A stretch of DNA of 64,000 nt from Chania sp. (lineage in GTDB: Bacteria; Pseudomonadota; Gammaproteobacteria; Enterobacterales; Enterobacteriaceae): assembly GCA_049288585.1 (NCBI GenBank), contig JBAQHZ010000547.1, forward strand, positions 611 through 64,610, written 5' to 3'. Both the position numbers and the translations under genes were made by a program. Under the pieces are notes generated by a model, which ran no database searches, had not been told where the DNA came from, and was given only the letters and a program-made list of their open reading frames with translations. Below, one piece after another: positions 35,573-48,167 of this stretch (its first letter is position 1; each line of letters begins with the position of its first letter).

Positions 35573-36910
35573 TTAGCCTGCCAGTTTCACCGCATCGGCG
35601 ATACGATGCGCCAGCATCTCAACCTGTTTTTCGTCCTCACCTTCCACCATCACGCGAATTAATGGCTCAGTGCCCGATTTACGCAACAGAACGCGACCAT
35701 GACCAGCCAGTTCGGCCTCTACTTGCGCCGTCACTGCGCGCACAGCTTCGGATTCCAAAGGGTTATGTTCACCGACAAAACGCACGTTAACCAGAATCTG
35801 CGGCAGCAACTTCATGCCGCTGCACAGATCGTGCAGGCTCATGCTATTGCGCACCATTGCAGTCAATACCTGCAAACCGGCCACAATGCCGTCACCGGTG
35901 GTAGTTTTATCCAACAGAATTACGTGGCCGGAGTTTTCCGCACCAATACGCCAGCCCAACTCTTGCAGTTTTTCCAGCACATAGCGATCTCCAACCTTGG
36001 CTCGTGCGAATGGGATACCCAACTGCTTCAGCGCCAGTTCCAGACCCATGTTGCTCATCAAGGTACCCACGGCACCGCCGCGCAACTGGCCTTGACGCAA
36101 ACCTTCACGGGCAATGATGTAGAGGATCTGGTCACCATCCACTTTGTTGCCCAGATGATCCACCATCATCAAACGGTCGCCATCACCATCGAAGGCCAAG
36201 CCAACATGTGCCTGCTCTTCCAGCACACGTGCCTGCAGTTGACGCACATCGGTAGCACCACACTCTTCGTTGATGTTCATACCGTCCGGCTCACAGCCGA
36301 TGGCAATCACCGTAGCACCTAACTCACGCAATACACTTGGTGCGATGTGGTAGGTTGCACCGTTCGCGCAATCCACCACAATTTTCAGGCCATTCAGGCT
36401 CAATTCACTTGGGAAGGTGCCTTTACAGAACTCGATATAGCGCCCGGCAGCATCGACAATGCGGCTGGCTTTGCCCAGTTCGGCTGACTCAACGCAGGTC
36501 AGCGGCTTTTCCATTTCAGCTTCGATGGCTTCTTCCACCTCATCCGGCAATTTAGCGCCGTCGATAGAGAAGAATTTGATGCCGTTATCGTAGAACGGGT
36601 TATGTGAGGCCGAGATCACGATCCCGGCTTCCGCGCGGAAGGTTCGGGTCAGATAGGCCACTGCTGGAGTGGGCATCGGGCCGGTAAAGGATGCAGAAAG
36701 CCCCGCCGCTGCCAGCCCGGCCTCCAGCGCCGACTCCAGCATATAGCCGGAAATGCGGGTGTCTTTGCCGATGATAATTTTACGCGAGCCATGACGTGCC
36801 AGTACCTTACCGGCGGCCCAGCCGAGTTTAAGGACAAACTCCGGGGTGATCGGGCTGTCGCCGACTTTGCCACGAATACCATCGGTACCAAAATATTTGC
36901 GCTCGCTCAT
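35573..36910 (-). CDS. glmM: Phosphoglucosamine mutase
   Basis: From the ATG at 36910: [41 protein letters not shown]... (445 aa) with active-site SASHNP. The ORF-track N-terminal extension overlaps folP and is rejected. Confidence 0.95.
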   Translation of the reverse strand: MSERKYFGTDGIRGKVGDSPITPEFVLKLGWAAGKVLARHGSRKIIIGKDTRISGYMLESALEAGLAAAGLSASFTGPMPTPAVAYLTRTFRAEAGIVISASHNPFYDNGIKFFSIDGAKLPDEVEEAIEAEMEKPLTCVESAELGKASRIVDAAGRYIEFCKGTFPSELSLNGLKIVVDCANGATYHIAPSVLRELGATVIAIGCEPDGMNINEECGATDVRQLQARVLEEQAHVGLAFDGDGDRLMMVDHLGNKVDGDQILYIIAREGLRQGQLRGGAVGTLMSNMGLELALKQLGIPFARAKVGDRYVLEKLQELGWRIGAENSGHVILLDKTTTGDGIVAGLQVLTAMVRNSMSLHDLCSGMKLLPQILVNVRFVGEHNPLESEAVRAVTAQVEAELAGHGRVLLRKSGTEPLIRVMVEGEDEKQVEMLAHRIADAVKLAG

Positions 36911-36917
36911 GTCTCTA

Positions 36918-37751
36918 CTATCCCTTAGCTGAAAGTGTTGCCTCGACGACACGCATCGCCTCGACGGTTTCTTTAACATCATGCACTCTGACAATCTGCG
37001 CCCCTTGCATTGCGGCAATCACCGCACAGGCAACGCTGCCAATAACCCGTTGCTCGGGTGGCACATTCAACAGTTGTCCAATCATCGATTTGCGCGACAT
37101 TCCAACCAACAAAGGCAAACCAAAATGATGAAATTCCGACAGCCGGGCCAGAAGCTGATAATTATGCGCCAAATTCTTACCGAAACCGAAGCCCGGGTCG
37201 AGCAACAATTTCTGTTTTGCTATTCCGCCTGCTATGCAGCGGTCAATATGATGCTGGAAAAACGCATTTACATCGCCAATCAGATCGTTGTAATGCGGTG
37301 CCTGCTGCATGATACGCGGCTCACCCTGCATATGCATCAGACAGACCGGTAGACCACTTTCGGCGGCGGCTTCCAGCGCTCCAGGCTCCTGCAGCGAACG
37401 CACGTCGTTAATCAGGTGCGCACCGGCGCGGGCAGATTCGCGGATCACCGCGGCTTTCGAAGTATCTACCGAAATAAAAACCTCAAACCGCTGGGCAAGT
37501 GCTTCTACCACTGGCACCACACGGGCAAGCTCTTCCTCTTCGCTAACGTCGGCGGCACCAGGACGGGTCGATTCGCCGCCCACGTCAATCATCGTCGCAC
37601 CGGCAGAGATCAACGCATGGGCATGCAGCAAGGCATCATGCAGCGAATTATATCGGCCACCATCGGAAAAGGAGTCTGGAGTGACGTTAAGGATCCCCAT
37701 CACCTGCGGATGATTGAGATCAAAAATCTGGTCGCGCACGGTTAACTGCAT
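36918..37751 (-). CDS. folP: Dihydropteroate synthase
   Basis: 277-aa ORF, ...[72 protein letters not shown].... Confidence 0.9.
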   Translation of the reverse strand: MQLTVRDQIFDLNHPQVMGILNVTPDSFSDGGRYNSLHDALLHAHALISAGATMIDVGGESTRPGAADVSEEEELARVVPVVEALAQRFEVFISVDTSKAAVIRESARAGAHLINDVRSLQEPGALEAAAESGLPVCLMHMQGEPRIMQQAPHYNDLIGDVNAFFQHHIDRCIAGGIAKQKLLLDPGFGFGKNLAHNYQLLARLSEFHHFGLPLLVGMSRKSMIGQLLNVPPEQRVIGSVACAVIAAMQGAQIVRVHDVKETVEAMRVVEATLSAKG

Positions 37752-37864
37752 AATTAATTCACCTTAATGTTGCCTGCCGGGAGTTTACGTTGAACGCTGC
37801 AGGCAACGGCCCAACCCTACTGTGTCAGCGGGCAACAACGCGGCAATTTCAAATATGACGGGTA

Positions 37865-37890
37865 CAAAAAACCCCGGACTTAGCCGGGGT
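37865..37890 (-). terminator. Rho-independent terminator of ftsH
   Basis: The minus strand reads ACCCCGG-CTAAGT-CCGGGGT followed by TTTTTT. It lies about 25 nt after the ftsH stop. Confidence 0.75.
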
Positions 37891-37913
37891 TCGATTTTAT
37901 TACACAGCCGACG

Positions 37914-39851
37914 TTATTTGTCGAGTTGTTGCTGGTCAGACATTGAATTGTCTGGGTTTGGCGTCTGCGGCTCATCAACCGGCGTCGGTGCTTTTGGCGC
38001 GCCACCGTTGTCGGAGCTGTTATTCTTCGCAGCATCGTCCCAACCAGCTGGCGGACGTACTTCACGGCGGTTCATCAAATCATCAACCTGTGGCGCATCA
38101 ATCGTTTCGTACTTCATCAACGCGTCTTTCATGGCATGCATGATATCCATGTTTTCGGCCAGCAACTGCCGGGAGCGTTGATAGTTACGTTCAATTAATG
38201 CCTTAACTTCCTGGTCAATAATCCGGGCGGTTTCGTCTGACATGTGCTTGGTTTTGGAAACTGAACGCCCCAAGAAGACTTCGCCTTCTTCTTCTGCGTA
38301 AAGCAACGGCCCCAGTTTTTCCGAGAACCCCCATTGGGTCACCATGTTACGGGCAATGGTTGTTGCCTGTTTGATGTCCTGAGAAGCACCGGTGGAGACG
38401 TTATCCACACCATAGATCAATTCTTCAGCCAGACGACCACCGTAAGCCACAGAGATCATGCTTTCCAGTTTCTGACGGCTGTAGCTGATGCTATCCCCTT
38501 CCGGCAGGAAGAAGGTCACGCCGAGCGCACGGCCACGAGGAATAATCGTGACTTTATGCACTGGATCGTGCTCAGGCACCAGACGACCAATGATCGCATG
38601 GCCCGCTTCGTGATACGCGGTGGATTCTTTCTGCGCTTCGGTCATCACCATGGAGCGGCGTTCCGCACCCATCATGATTTTATCTTTGGCTTTTTCGAAC
38701 TCAACCATCGACACTACACGCTTGTTTCCACGCGCTGCAAACAACGCCGCTTCGTTAACCAGGTTGGCCAAGTCAGCACCGGAGAAGCCCGGAGTACCAC
38801 GCGCAATCACAGAGGCATCAATATCCACAGCCAATGGCACACGGCGCATATGCACCTTCAGGATCTGCTCACGGCCACGTACGTCTGGCAAGCCCACCAC
38901 CACCTGACGGTCAAAACGACCTGGGCGCAGCAGCGCTGGGTCAAGTACGTCAGGGCGGTTAGTTGCCGCAATCACGATAATGCCTTCGTTACCTTCAAAG
39001 CCGTCCATTTCGACCAGCATCTGGTTCAGCGTTTGTTCACGTTCATCGTGACCACCGCCAAGACCTGCGCCACGCTGGCGACCTACGGCATCGATTTCAT
39101 CGATAAAGATGATGCACGGCGCCGCTTTTTTAGCCTGTTCGAACATGTCACGTACGCGGGAAGCCCCAACGCCGACGAACATTTCGACGAAATCAGAACC
39201 GGAAATAGTGAAGAACGGCACTTTAGCCTCACCGGCGATCGCTTTCGCCAGCAGGGTTTTACCGGTACCTGGAGGGCCTACCATCAGCACGCCTTTCGGG
39301 ATCTTACCGCCCAGTTTCTGGAAGCGGCTCGGTTCACGCAGGTAATCCACCAGTTCACTCACCTCTTCTTTTGCTTCGTCACAACCCGCGACATCGGCAA
39401 AAGTGGTTTTAATCTGGTCTTCTGTCAGCATACGGGCCTTGCTCTTGCCAAAGGACATCGCGCCCTTGCCACCGCCGCCCTGCATTTGCCGCATAAAGAA
39501 GATCCAGACCCCAATCAGCAACAGCATCGGGAACCAGGAAATAAAGATCGAAGCCAGCAAACTCGGTTCTTCCGGTGGTTCACCGACAACTTTGACATTC
39601 TTGGTTAACAACGTATCCAGCAGTTTCGGATCGTTGACAGGGATGTAGGTCGTGTATTTGTTACTGTCTTTACGAATAACATTGATTTCACGTCCATTAA
39701 TTCGTGCTTCACGAATCTGATCTTGGGTCAGTTCGGACATGAAGGTAGTGTAATCTACCCTACGGCCATTAGACTCGCTGGGCCCAAAGCTCTGGAATAC
39801 AGACATCAATACTACCGCGATGACTAACCAGAGAATTAGGTTTTTCGCCAT
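37914..39851 (-). CDS. ftsH: ATP-dependent zinc metalloprotease FtsH
   Basis: From the ATG at 39851: [30 protein letters not shown]..., with Walker A GPPGTGKT and HEAGH. It is collinear with E. coli FtsH. The ORF-track start at 39860 is TTG. Confidence 0.95.
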   Translation of the reverse strand: MAKNLILWLVIAVVLMSVFQSFGPSESNGRRVDYTTFMSELTQDQIREARINGREINVIRKDSNKYTTYIPVNDPKLLDTLLTKNVKVVGEPPEEPSLLASIFISWFPMLLLIGVWIFFMRQMQGGGGKGAMSFGKSKARMLTEDQIKTTFADVAGCDEAKEEVSELVDYLREPSRFQKLGGKIPKGVLMVGPPGTGKTLLAKAIAGEAKVPFFTISGSDFVEMFVGVGASRVRDMFEQAKKAAPCIIFIDEIDAVGRQRGAGLGGGHDEREQTLNQMLVEMDGFEGNEGIIVIAATNRPDVLDPALLRPGRFDRQVVVGLPDVRGREQILKVHMRRVPLAVDIDASVIARGTPGFSGADLANLVNEAALFAARGNKRVVSMVEFEKAKDKIMMGAERRSMVMTEAQKESTAYHEAGHAIIGRLVPEHDPVHKVTIIPRGRALGVTFFLPEGDSISYSRQKLESMISVAYGGRLAEELIYGVDNVSTGASQDIKQATTIARNMVTQWGFSEKLGPLLYAEEEGEVFLGRSVSKTKHMSDETARIIDQEVKALIERNYQRSRQLLAENMDIMHAMKDALMKYETIDAPQVDDLMNRREVRPPAGWDDAAKNNSSDNGGAPKAPTPVDEPQTPNPDNSMSDQQQLDK

Positions 39852-39907
39852 GTCACTCAAGGGATTAACCTCATATTACAACTGTGTTAACAAACAGCGT
39901 TAGGGTA

Positions 39908-40537
39908 CTACAGTTTCCGCCCTGTCGCTACAATGTACACTTCACGCGAACGTGCGCGGGAAGCGTCTGGCTTACGAATCTTAACCTTCGTAAACAGGGA
40001 GCGAATTTCCCGTAGGTACTCGTCAAAACCATCTCCCTGGAACACCTTCACCAGGAAACTACCACCTGGAGCGAGGACATCACGACACATATCCAGTGCT
40101 AACTCCACCAGATACATCGATTTCGGGATATCGACTGCCGGGGTGCCACTCATATTCGGCGCCATGTCAGACATGACAACCTGAACCTTACTTTCACCTA
40201 CACGTTCCAACAGCGCTTTGAGCACCAGTTCATCACGAAAGTCGCCCTGAAGGAAATCGACACCAACAATAGGATCCATTGGCAAAATATCACAGGCAAT
40301 GACACGCCCGTTACCACCAATCTGAGTGACGACATATTGCGACCACCCACCCGGTGCAGCACCCAAATCGACTACCGTCATGCCCGGCTTAAACAGTTTG
40401 TCACTTTGCTGTATTTCATCAAGTTTAAACCAGGCGCGGGAACGCAGCCCTTTTTTCTGCGCCTGAAGTACATATTTATCGCTAAAGTGTTCTTGTAGCC
40501 AGCGACTGGAGCTAGCCGAACGCTTTTTATTAGCCAT
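39908..40537 (-). CDS. rlmE: 23S rRNA U2552 2'-O-methyltransferase RlmE (FtsJ)
   Basis: From the ATG at 40537: [68 protein letters not shown]... (209 aa). Confidence 0.95.
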   Translation of the reverse strand: MANKKRSASSSRWLQEHFSDKYVLQAQKKGLRSRAWFKLDEIQQSDKLFKPGMTVVDLGAAPGGWSQYVVTQIGGNGRVIACDILPMDPIVGVDFLQGDFRDELVLKALLERVGESKVQVVMSDMAPNMSGTPAVDIPKSMYLVELALDMCRDVLAPGGSFLVKVFQGDGFDEYLREIRSLFTKVKIRKPDASRARSREVYIVATGRKL

Positions 40538-40681
40538 CTCGTTTTCCAACTATCCTAAAAGAGAGTCTTATGTCAGGTTCGCTGCTCACGTAGACGCCAT
40601 TCGGTGCAGACCGATTTGGTGATATACATGAGATGGCGGTAGAATGACCCGTTTTCAATCCCAACTTAAGCAAAAAAGACA

Positions 40682-40975
40682 ATGAATCTGAATAATAAAC
40701 AAAAACAGCACCTGAAAGGCCTGGCGCATCCGTTAAAACCGGTTGTCATGCTGGGTAATAACGGTCTCACCGAAGGGGTGCTGGCTGAAATTGAACAGGC
40801 TCTGGAGCATCATGAGCTGATCAAAGTAAAAATTGTGGCCGTTGATCGCGAGACTAAAACCTTGATCGTCGACGCTATTGTGCGTGAAACGGGTGCCTGC
40901 AATGTGCAAGTGATCGGCAGTACGCTTATTCTTTACCGCCCATCGAAAGAGCGCAAGATCACTTTACCGCGCTAA
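40682..40975 (+). CDS. yhbY: CRM-domain RNA-binding protein YhbY
   Basis: 97-aa ORF, MNLNNKQKQHLKGLAHPLKPVVMLGNNGLTEGVLAEIEQALEHHELIKVKI.... It is divergent from rlmE. Confidence 0.9.
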   Translation: MNLNNKQKQHLKGLAHPLKPVVMLGNNGLTEGVLAEIEQALEHHELIKVKIVAVDRETKTLIVDAIVRETGACNVQVIGSTLILYRPSKERKITLPR

Positions 40976-41021
40976 TCCACCGTCCGTTTGACGGAAAAGG
41001 TGCCATGCACCGAGTTCAGAT

Positions 41022-41044
41022 AAAAGGCCGCTTGCGGCCTTTTT
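41022..41044. terminator. Bidirectional terminator between convergent yhbY and greA
   Basis: AAAAGGCCGCTTGCGGCCTTTTT. Confidence 0.7.
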
Positions 41045-41091
41045 CCTTTCTTTACAAAACACTGCTGAATATCTGACCAATTGTTCCAGGA

Positions 41092-41568
41092 TTATAGATA
41101 TTCAACCTTCAGGATTTCATATTCGACATCGCCGCCCGGCGTTTTGATGACGACAACGTCATCCTGCTCTTTGCCGATCAAACCGCGCGCCATCGGTGAA
41201 TTGACTGAAATAAGATTCTTTTTAAAGTCAGCCTCATCATCACCCACAATACGGTACGTGACTTCGTCTTCAGTTTCCAGGTTCATTATCGATACGGTAG
41301 AGCCAAAAATTACGCGGCCAGTATTCGGCATTTTAGTGATATCGATCACCTGCGCATTAGACAGTTTGGCTTCAATTTCCTGAATGCGACCTTCGCAGAA
41401 CCCTTGCTGCTCACGGGCGGCATGGTATTCAGCGTTTTCTTTCAAATCGCCATGTTCACGCGCATCGGCGATATCTGAAATGATTTTCGGACGGCGCACG
41501 CCTTTCAGATATTCAAGTTCTTCACGCAGTTGTTCTGCGCCAAATAAAGTCATCGGAATCTGTTTCAT
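41092..41568 (-). CDS. greA: Transcription elongation factor GreA
   Basis: 158-aa [72 protein letters not shown].... Confidence 0.95.
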   Translation of the reverse strand: MKQIPMTLFGAEQLREELEYLKGVRRPKIISDIADAREHGDLKENAEYHAAREQQGFCEGRIQEIEAKLSNAQVIDITKMPNTGRVIFGSTVSIMNLETEDEVTYRIVGDDEADFKKNLISVNSPMARGLIGKEQDDVVVIKTPGGDVEYEILKVEYL

Positions 41569-41625
41569 CGTTTCAATACCTCTAAATCTTTCCTGTTCAA
41601 ATAGCCGTCATCCTGACGTGTTCGT

Positions 41626-41656
41626 ATGAAAATACGGCAGGCGTTGCGCCTTCCGT
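41626..41656 (-). ncRNA. greA-leader terminator hairpin (GraL-like leader RNA end)
   Basis: The minus strand reads ACGGAAGGCG-CAA-CGCCTGCCGT (one mismatch) followed by ATTTTCAT, about 60-90 nt upstream of the greA ATG. This is analogous to the E. coli greA leader (GraL). The 5' end was not determined. Confidence 0.35.
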
Positions 41657-41825
41657 CTCCAGGCGATAAACAAAAGAAACCTGACTCGGAATTTTCTCCC
41701 AAGTCGGGATCGATTTTGCATTTTGAGATGCATTTTAGCCTAGAGTTCCTTAAGGGTCATCGTTTACTTTCTCCCTTAATGCACCGTAGTATGGCAACAC
41801 GTTATCCAGCTGTTACCCCGAGATT

Positions 41826-43259
41826 ATGCGTTTTTCACGAATTGTCAGTGCATTGGCCTGTGCATTTGTTCTTAATGCAAATGCGGCCCCGGTCGAAGAT
41901 TACACACAATACTTGCCTGATGGGGCCAACCTTGCCCTGATAGTTCAGAAGATTGGTGCCTCTGCGCCAACCATCGACTATCACTCACAGCAAATGGCAT
42001 TACCGGCCAGTACTCAGAAAGTGCTGACAGCGCTGGCGGCGTTGTTACAGCTCGGGCCTGACTACCGTTTTACCACTACCTTGGAAAGCCAGGGCAACAT
42101 CACGGATGGCGTGTTGCGCGGTAATCTTATCGCCCGTTTCAGTGGGGATCCGACCTTCAAGCGCCAGAGCCTGCGCAATATGGTGGCGGTGCTGAAAAAG
42201 CAGGGAGTGAGTGAAATTAGCGGCGATGTTCTGGTCGATACATCGGTATTTGCCAGCCACGATAAAGCCCCCGGCTGGCCATGGAACGACATGACCCAAT
42301 GCTTCAGCGCACCGCCGGCAGCGGCAATTGTCGATCGCAACTGCTTCTCGGTATCGCTTTACAGCGCGCCGAACCCCGGCGAAATGGCCTTTATTCGCGT
42401 TGCTTCTTTCTATCCGGTTAATATGTTCAGCCAAGTGAGAACGTTGGCGAAGGGTTCTGCGGACGCACAATACTGCGAGTTGGACGTGGTGCCTGGCGAG
42501 TTGAACCGCTTTACGCTGACCGGATGCCTGACGCAGCGCAGCGAACCGCTACCGCTGGCCTTTGCCATACAGGACGGCGCCAGTTACGCCGGTGCGATCC
42601 TGAAAGATGAACTGACGCAGGCTGGGATCAAGATAGGTGGCCATCTCAAACGCCAGACCATACCCGGCATGGCCGGTACAGTGATTGCCCAGACACAGTC
42701 CGCACCGCTGCATGAATTACTGAAAATCATGCTGAAAAAATCCGACAACATGATCGCCGATAGCGTATTCCGCACCATTGGCCACGAGCGTTTCGGCGTT
42801 CCCGGCACCTGGCGTGCCGGTGCTGACGCCGTACGCCAGGTGTTACGCCAGAAAGCCGGGGTAGATTTAGGCAACAATATCGTGGTCGATGGGTCGGGCC
42901 TGTCGCGCCACAATCTGCTGACACCGGCTACCATGATGCAGGCACTGCAATATATCGCCCAACACGACAATGAGTTGAATTTCATCTCGATGCTGCCGCT
43001 GTCCGGCTACGACGGCACCCTGCGCTATCGTGGTGGCCTGCATGAAGCGGGCGTCGATGGCAAAGTTTCTGCCAAAACCGGTGCTCTGCAAGGGGTGTAT
43101 AATCTGGCAGGCTTTATTACCACCGCCAGCGGCCAACGTTATGCCTTTGTGCAATTCTTGTCGGGTTACGCGGTGCCACCGGAAGATCAGAAGCAACGCC
43201 GCGCTCCGTTAGTCCGTTTTGAAAGCAGATTGTATCGCGATATATATCAGAACAATTGA
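41826..43259 (+). CDS. dacB: D-alanyl-D-alanine carboxypeptidase/endopeptidase PBP4
   Basis: 477-aa ORF with signal MRFSRIVSALACAFVLNANA, active-site motif STQK (PASTQKVLTALAAL), SDN and KTG. It is collinear with E. coli DacB. Confidence 0.95.
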   Translation: MRFSRIVSALACAFVLNANAAPVEDYTQYLPDGANLALIVQKIGASAPTIDYHSQQMALPASTQKVLTALAALLQLGPDYRFTTTLESQGNITDGVLRGNLIARFSGDPTFKRQSLRNMVAVLKKQGVSEISGDVLVDTSVFASHDKAPGWPWNDMTQCFSAPPAAAIVDRNCFSVSLYSAPNPGEMAFIRVASFYPVNMFSQVRTLAKGSADAQYCELDVVPGELNRFTLTGCLTQRSEPLPLAFAIQDGASYAGAILKDELTQAGIKIGGHLKRQTIPGMAGTVIAQTQSAPLHELLKIMLKKSDNMIADSVFRTIGHERFGVPGTWRAGADAVRQVLRQKAGVDLGNNIVVDGSGLSRHNLLTPATMMQALQYIAQHDNELNFISMLPLSGYDGTLRYRGGLHEAGVDGKVSAKTGALQGVYNLAGFITTASGQRYAFVQFLSGYAVPPEDQKQRRAPLVRFESRLYRDIYQNN

Positions 43260-43271
43260 GGATCAATCAGC

Positions 43272-43934
43272 ATGAAACTATTGATTGTTGAAGACGATGA
43301 ATTGTTGCAGCAAGGCTTGGCATTGGCGTTATCCCGCGAAGGCTATGCCTGTGACTGCGCCGCCACGGCGGCCGAAGCCAACGGCCTGATCGTCACCAGT
43401 CAGTACAGCATGGTGATCCTGGATCTTGGCCTGCCGGATCTCGACGGTGCCAGCCTGTTGCGCCAGTGGCGCCGTCTGCAGATCGGCATACCGGTGCTGA
43501 TCCTGACCGCGCGCGATGCTCTGGAAGATCGCGTTGACGGCCTGGATGCCGGTGCCGATGATTATCTGATCAAACCCTTTGCCTTGGTTGAGCTGCAAGC
43601 CCGGGTACGAGCGCTGCTCCGCCGTTATCAGGGCCACAGCGATAACCTGCTGCAACAGGACGATCTGACGCTGAACCTCTCCAGCCAACAGGTGTATTTG
43701 CAGCAACAATCGATCGATATCACGCCAAAAGAGTTCGCCATCCTGTCACGCCTGATGATGCGCGCGGGTCAGACCGTCAATCGCGAATTGCTGCAACAGG
43801 ATCTCTATACCTGGAATGACGATCTGGGATCGAACACCCTCGAGGTTCACGTCCATAACCTGCGCCGCAAACTGGGCAAAGATCGTATTCGTACCGTGCG
43901 CGGCATTGGTTACCGTCTGGAACCCGCATCATGA
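43272..43934 (+). CDS. basR: OmpR-family response regulator, BasR/PmrA-like
   Basis: 220-aa ORF, MKLLIVEDDELLQQGLALALSREGYACDCAAT...ILDLGLPDLDG...LTARD...GADDYLIKPFALVELQARVRALLRR...TLEVHVHNLRRKLGKDRIRTVRGIGYRL. BasR is the closest E. coli regulator I remember, and I recall the same position after dacB for Yersinia pmrAB. Confidence 0.7.
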   Translation: MKLLIVEDDELLQQGLALALSREGYACDCAATAAEANGLIVTSQYSMVILDLGLPDLDGASLLRQWRRLQIGIPVLILTARDALEDRVDGLDAGADDYLIKPFALVELQARVRALLRRYQGHSDNLLQQDDLTLNLSSQQVYLQQQSIDITPKEFAILSRLMMRAGQTVNRELLQQDLYTWNDDLGSNTLEVHVHNLRRKLGKDRIRTVRGIGYRLEPAS

Positions 43935-44995
43935 TCAGTATGCGCCGCCGTCTGTTGCTGATGCTGGCGCTGATCCTGCTGGTCACCCAGCTTATCAGTG
44001 CGTTCTGGCTCTGGCATGAGAGCCAGGAGCAAATCAGCTTTCTGGTGGATGAAACCCTGTCCGCCAAAATGCGCAATGAACGGGTGGATACCGAAATTAC
44101 CGAGGCTATTGCCTCCTTGCTTGCCCCTTCGCTGATCATGATGATCGTGACTCTGCTGGCCTCTTTCTGGGCCATCAGTTGGATTACCCGCCCGCTTAAT
44201 CAGCTACAGGAACGGTTAGAAAAGCGCTCCGCAGATAACCTGACGCCGTTACCCGTGAGTAACAGTAGTCTGGAAATGGTGGCTGTGACCAGCACGCTGA
44301 ATCAACTGTTTTCACGCCTCGATCATACCATCCAGCAAGAACGCCTGTTTACCGCCGACGCCGCCCATGAGCTACGCACGCCGCTGGCCGGTATCCGTTT
44401 GCATCTGGAGTTGATGGAGCAGCAAGGGATTAAAGAAAGCAAGATACTGATTGCCCGCATTGATCAGTTGATGCACGTCGTTGAGCAATTACTGATGCTG
44501 TCGCGCGCCGGCCAGAATTTTGCCAGTGGTCATTATCAGCAATTTGACTGGGTAAGCCACGTTATCCAACCGCTAAAGGAAGAGTTGGAAGAGCTGGCGG
44601 CTCAACGCGGGCAAATGTTGCTCTGGCAGTTGCCTGCGCAAGCCGTGACCCATGGCGATCCGGTCTTGCTGCGCCTGATGCTGCGTAATCTGGTGGAGAA
44701 TGCCCACCGCTATAGTCCGGAAAATAGCACCATTCATGTGCAGCTCACCCCACAAGATCGCGGGCAGCGCTTGCAGGTGCTAGATGGAGGACCAGGCATT
44801 AAGCAAGAGCAGGCGGGAGAGCTGACGCAGGCATTTCGCCGAATGGATCAGCGTTACGGCGGCAGCGGGCTTGGGCTGAATATTGTGATCCGTATTGCGC
44901 AGTTGCATCGCGGCTGGCTGCGGCTTGAAAACCGGGCCGATGCCAGTGGTCTAAACGCACAGTGCTGGATACCCGACAACGTGCTGAACCCATGA
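43931..44995 (+). CDS. basS: Sensor histidine kinase, BasS/PmrB-like
   Basis: 354-aa ORF with two TM segments flanking a short periplasmic loop containing WHESQEQI (ExxE, compare PmrB HESTEQ), H-box AAHELRTPLAGI, and N and G boxes. It has a 4-nt ATGA overlap with basR. Confidence 0.7.
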   Translation: MISMRRRLLLMLALILLVTQLISAFWLWHESQEQISFLVDETLSAKMRNERVDTEITEAIASLLAPSLIMMIVTLLASFWAISWITRPLNQLQERLEKRSADNLTPLPVSNSSLEMVAVTSTLNQLFSRLDHTIQQERLFTADAAHELRTPLAGIRLHLELMEQQGIKESKILIARIDQLMHVVEQLLMLSRAGQNFASGHYQQFDWVSHVIQPLKEELEELAAQRGQMLLWQLPAQAVTHGDPVLLRLMLRNLVENAHRYSPENSTIHVQLTPQDRGQRLQVLDGGPGIKQEQAGELTQAFRRMDQRYGGSGLGLNIVIRIAQLHRGWLRLENRADASGLNAQCWIPDNVLNP

Positions 44996-45050
44996 AAAAG
45001 GCCCAGCATCGCTGAGCCTTTATTTTCATACCGATCACGCCAGAACAGAA

Positions 45051-46223
<1,173 letters not shown>

Positions 46224-46239
46224 TTACCGTCTCCGTAAA

Positions 46240-47211
46240 TCATTCACCGGACTGCTTCAAAGAAACAATCAGGTTGGGTTCTGCCCGTCGCGGCCACCAG
46301 CGGTGACCAATTGCGGAAAACATGGCGCCTGCTACCACCACAAAAGCACCGACATAACCGACAGCATTCAATGTCGGGGCGGCGAATACTTGCGGCCATG
46401 CCAGCGCCAATAAATCTGAAAACATCAGGGTAAACAACGGGGTGAGCGTCACTATCGCACTCACCTGTGCCGCCTGCCAACGCGCCATCGCCTCTGCCAG
46501 TGCTCCGTAACCAATCAGCGTATTCGCCCCGCAAAACAGCAAGCAGGCCAACTGCCAGTTGCTGAGCTGGAAAATCATTGCAGGCTTGGCCAGCGGGAAC
46601 AAGGTGATTGCACACAAAGTGTACAGCATGACCAGGATTTGCGGCGAAGCCAATCGGCGCAGCAGCACTTTTTGAGCCACCCCGTAGGTCACCCAAACCA
46701 TGGCAGCACACACACCCAGCAGAACACCGAGGGTGTAATCCGTCAGTCGGGTAAAAATCTCAATCAGGCTGACGTTGAAAAACAACATCAGCCCGCAAAT
46801 CAGCATCAATGCCCCAATCACCTGGGTGATTCGCATCCTTTCTTTCAGGATCAATACGCTGGCGAACATCATGCCAACCGGTGACAACTGACCAATCACC
46901 TGCGACGCCGTCGGGCTCAGGTATTGCAGTGAAGAACTGAAAAACACAAAATTGCCCAGCAATCCTGCCGTGGCAATAATCAGCAAAAGCAACCAGCGCG
47001 GTTGACGAAATATTTTCACCGATGGCAAACGCCCGCGCACTGCCAGAATCATGCCCAAGCCGATAGCGGCGAAGGCAAAGCGGTACCAGACGACGGTAAA
47101 GGGCTCCATCACCTTCAGCACTTCTTTCATCGCGATCGGCAACGCCCCCCAGCAGATTGCTGTAGTAAGCGCCAGGAGAATACCCATACCGGCCTGCTGT
47201 TTTGTTTCCAT
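46240..47211 (-). CDS. yhbE: EamA/DMT-family inner-membrane transporter YhbE
   Basis: 323-aa ORF with 10 predicted TM segments. It sits between obgE and rpmA as E. coli yhbE does. Confidence 0.85.
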   Translation of the reverse strand: METKQQAGMGILLALTTAICWGALPIAMKEVLKVMEPFTVVWYRFAFAAIGLGMILAVRGRLPSVKIFRQPRWLLLLIIATAGLLGNFVFFSSSLQYLSPTASQVIGQLSPVGMMFASVLILKERMRITQVIGALMLICGLMLFFNVSLIEIFTRLTDYTLGVLLGVCAAMVWVTYGVAQKVLLRRLASPQILVMLYTLCAITLFPLAKPAMIFQLSNWQLACLLFCGANTLIGYGALAEAMARWQAAQVSAIVTLTPLFTLMFSDLLALAWPQVFAAPTLNAVGYVGAFVVVAGAMFSAIGHRWWPRRAEPNLIVSLKQSGE

Positions 47212-47255
47212 TTTTCCTAATGCCTACGGGCCTGGACACAAGCACCCTATAAATG

Positions 47256-47284
47256 TAAAAAGCCCCGCAATGAATTGCGGGGCT
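47256..47284 (-). terminator. Rho-independent terminator of rplU-rpmA
   Basis: The minus strand reads AGCCCCGCAA-TTCA-TTGCGGGGCT followed by TTTTA. Confidence 0.75.
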
Positions 47285-47311
47285 TACATCTATTTCGTAA
47301 GGCTCGAAAAA

Positions 47312-47581
<270 letters not shown>

Positions 47582-47586
47582 CTAAC

Positions 47587-47973
<387 letters not shown>

Positions 47974-48167
47974 CTACGCAATAATCCCGCGCATGACAAG
48001 TGCAGAATAGAGCCAGAAGGTGAAAAAAGAAGAAAAAAAACACAGTTTCTTTCATGGCGTTTATCTGTGTCGTTTTTCAAGTACAATCAAAGGCGACAGT
48101 GACCGCCCTATACCGATGTGAGCAGCGATCTCATCGCGGTGAACAGAAACACAGCTGAAAAAATACA

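Noticed and set aside
38334-39608. 424-aa plus-strand ORF
   Set aside because: It is antisense to ftsH and is a shadow ORF with no recognisable domain.
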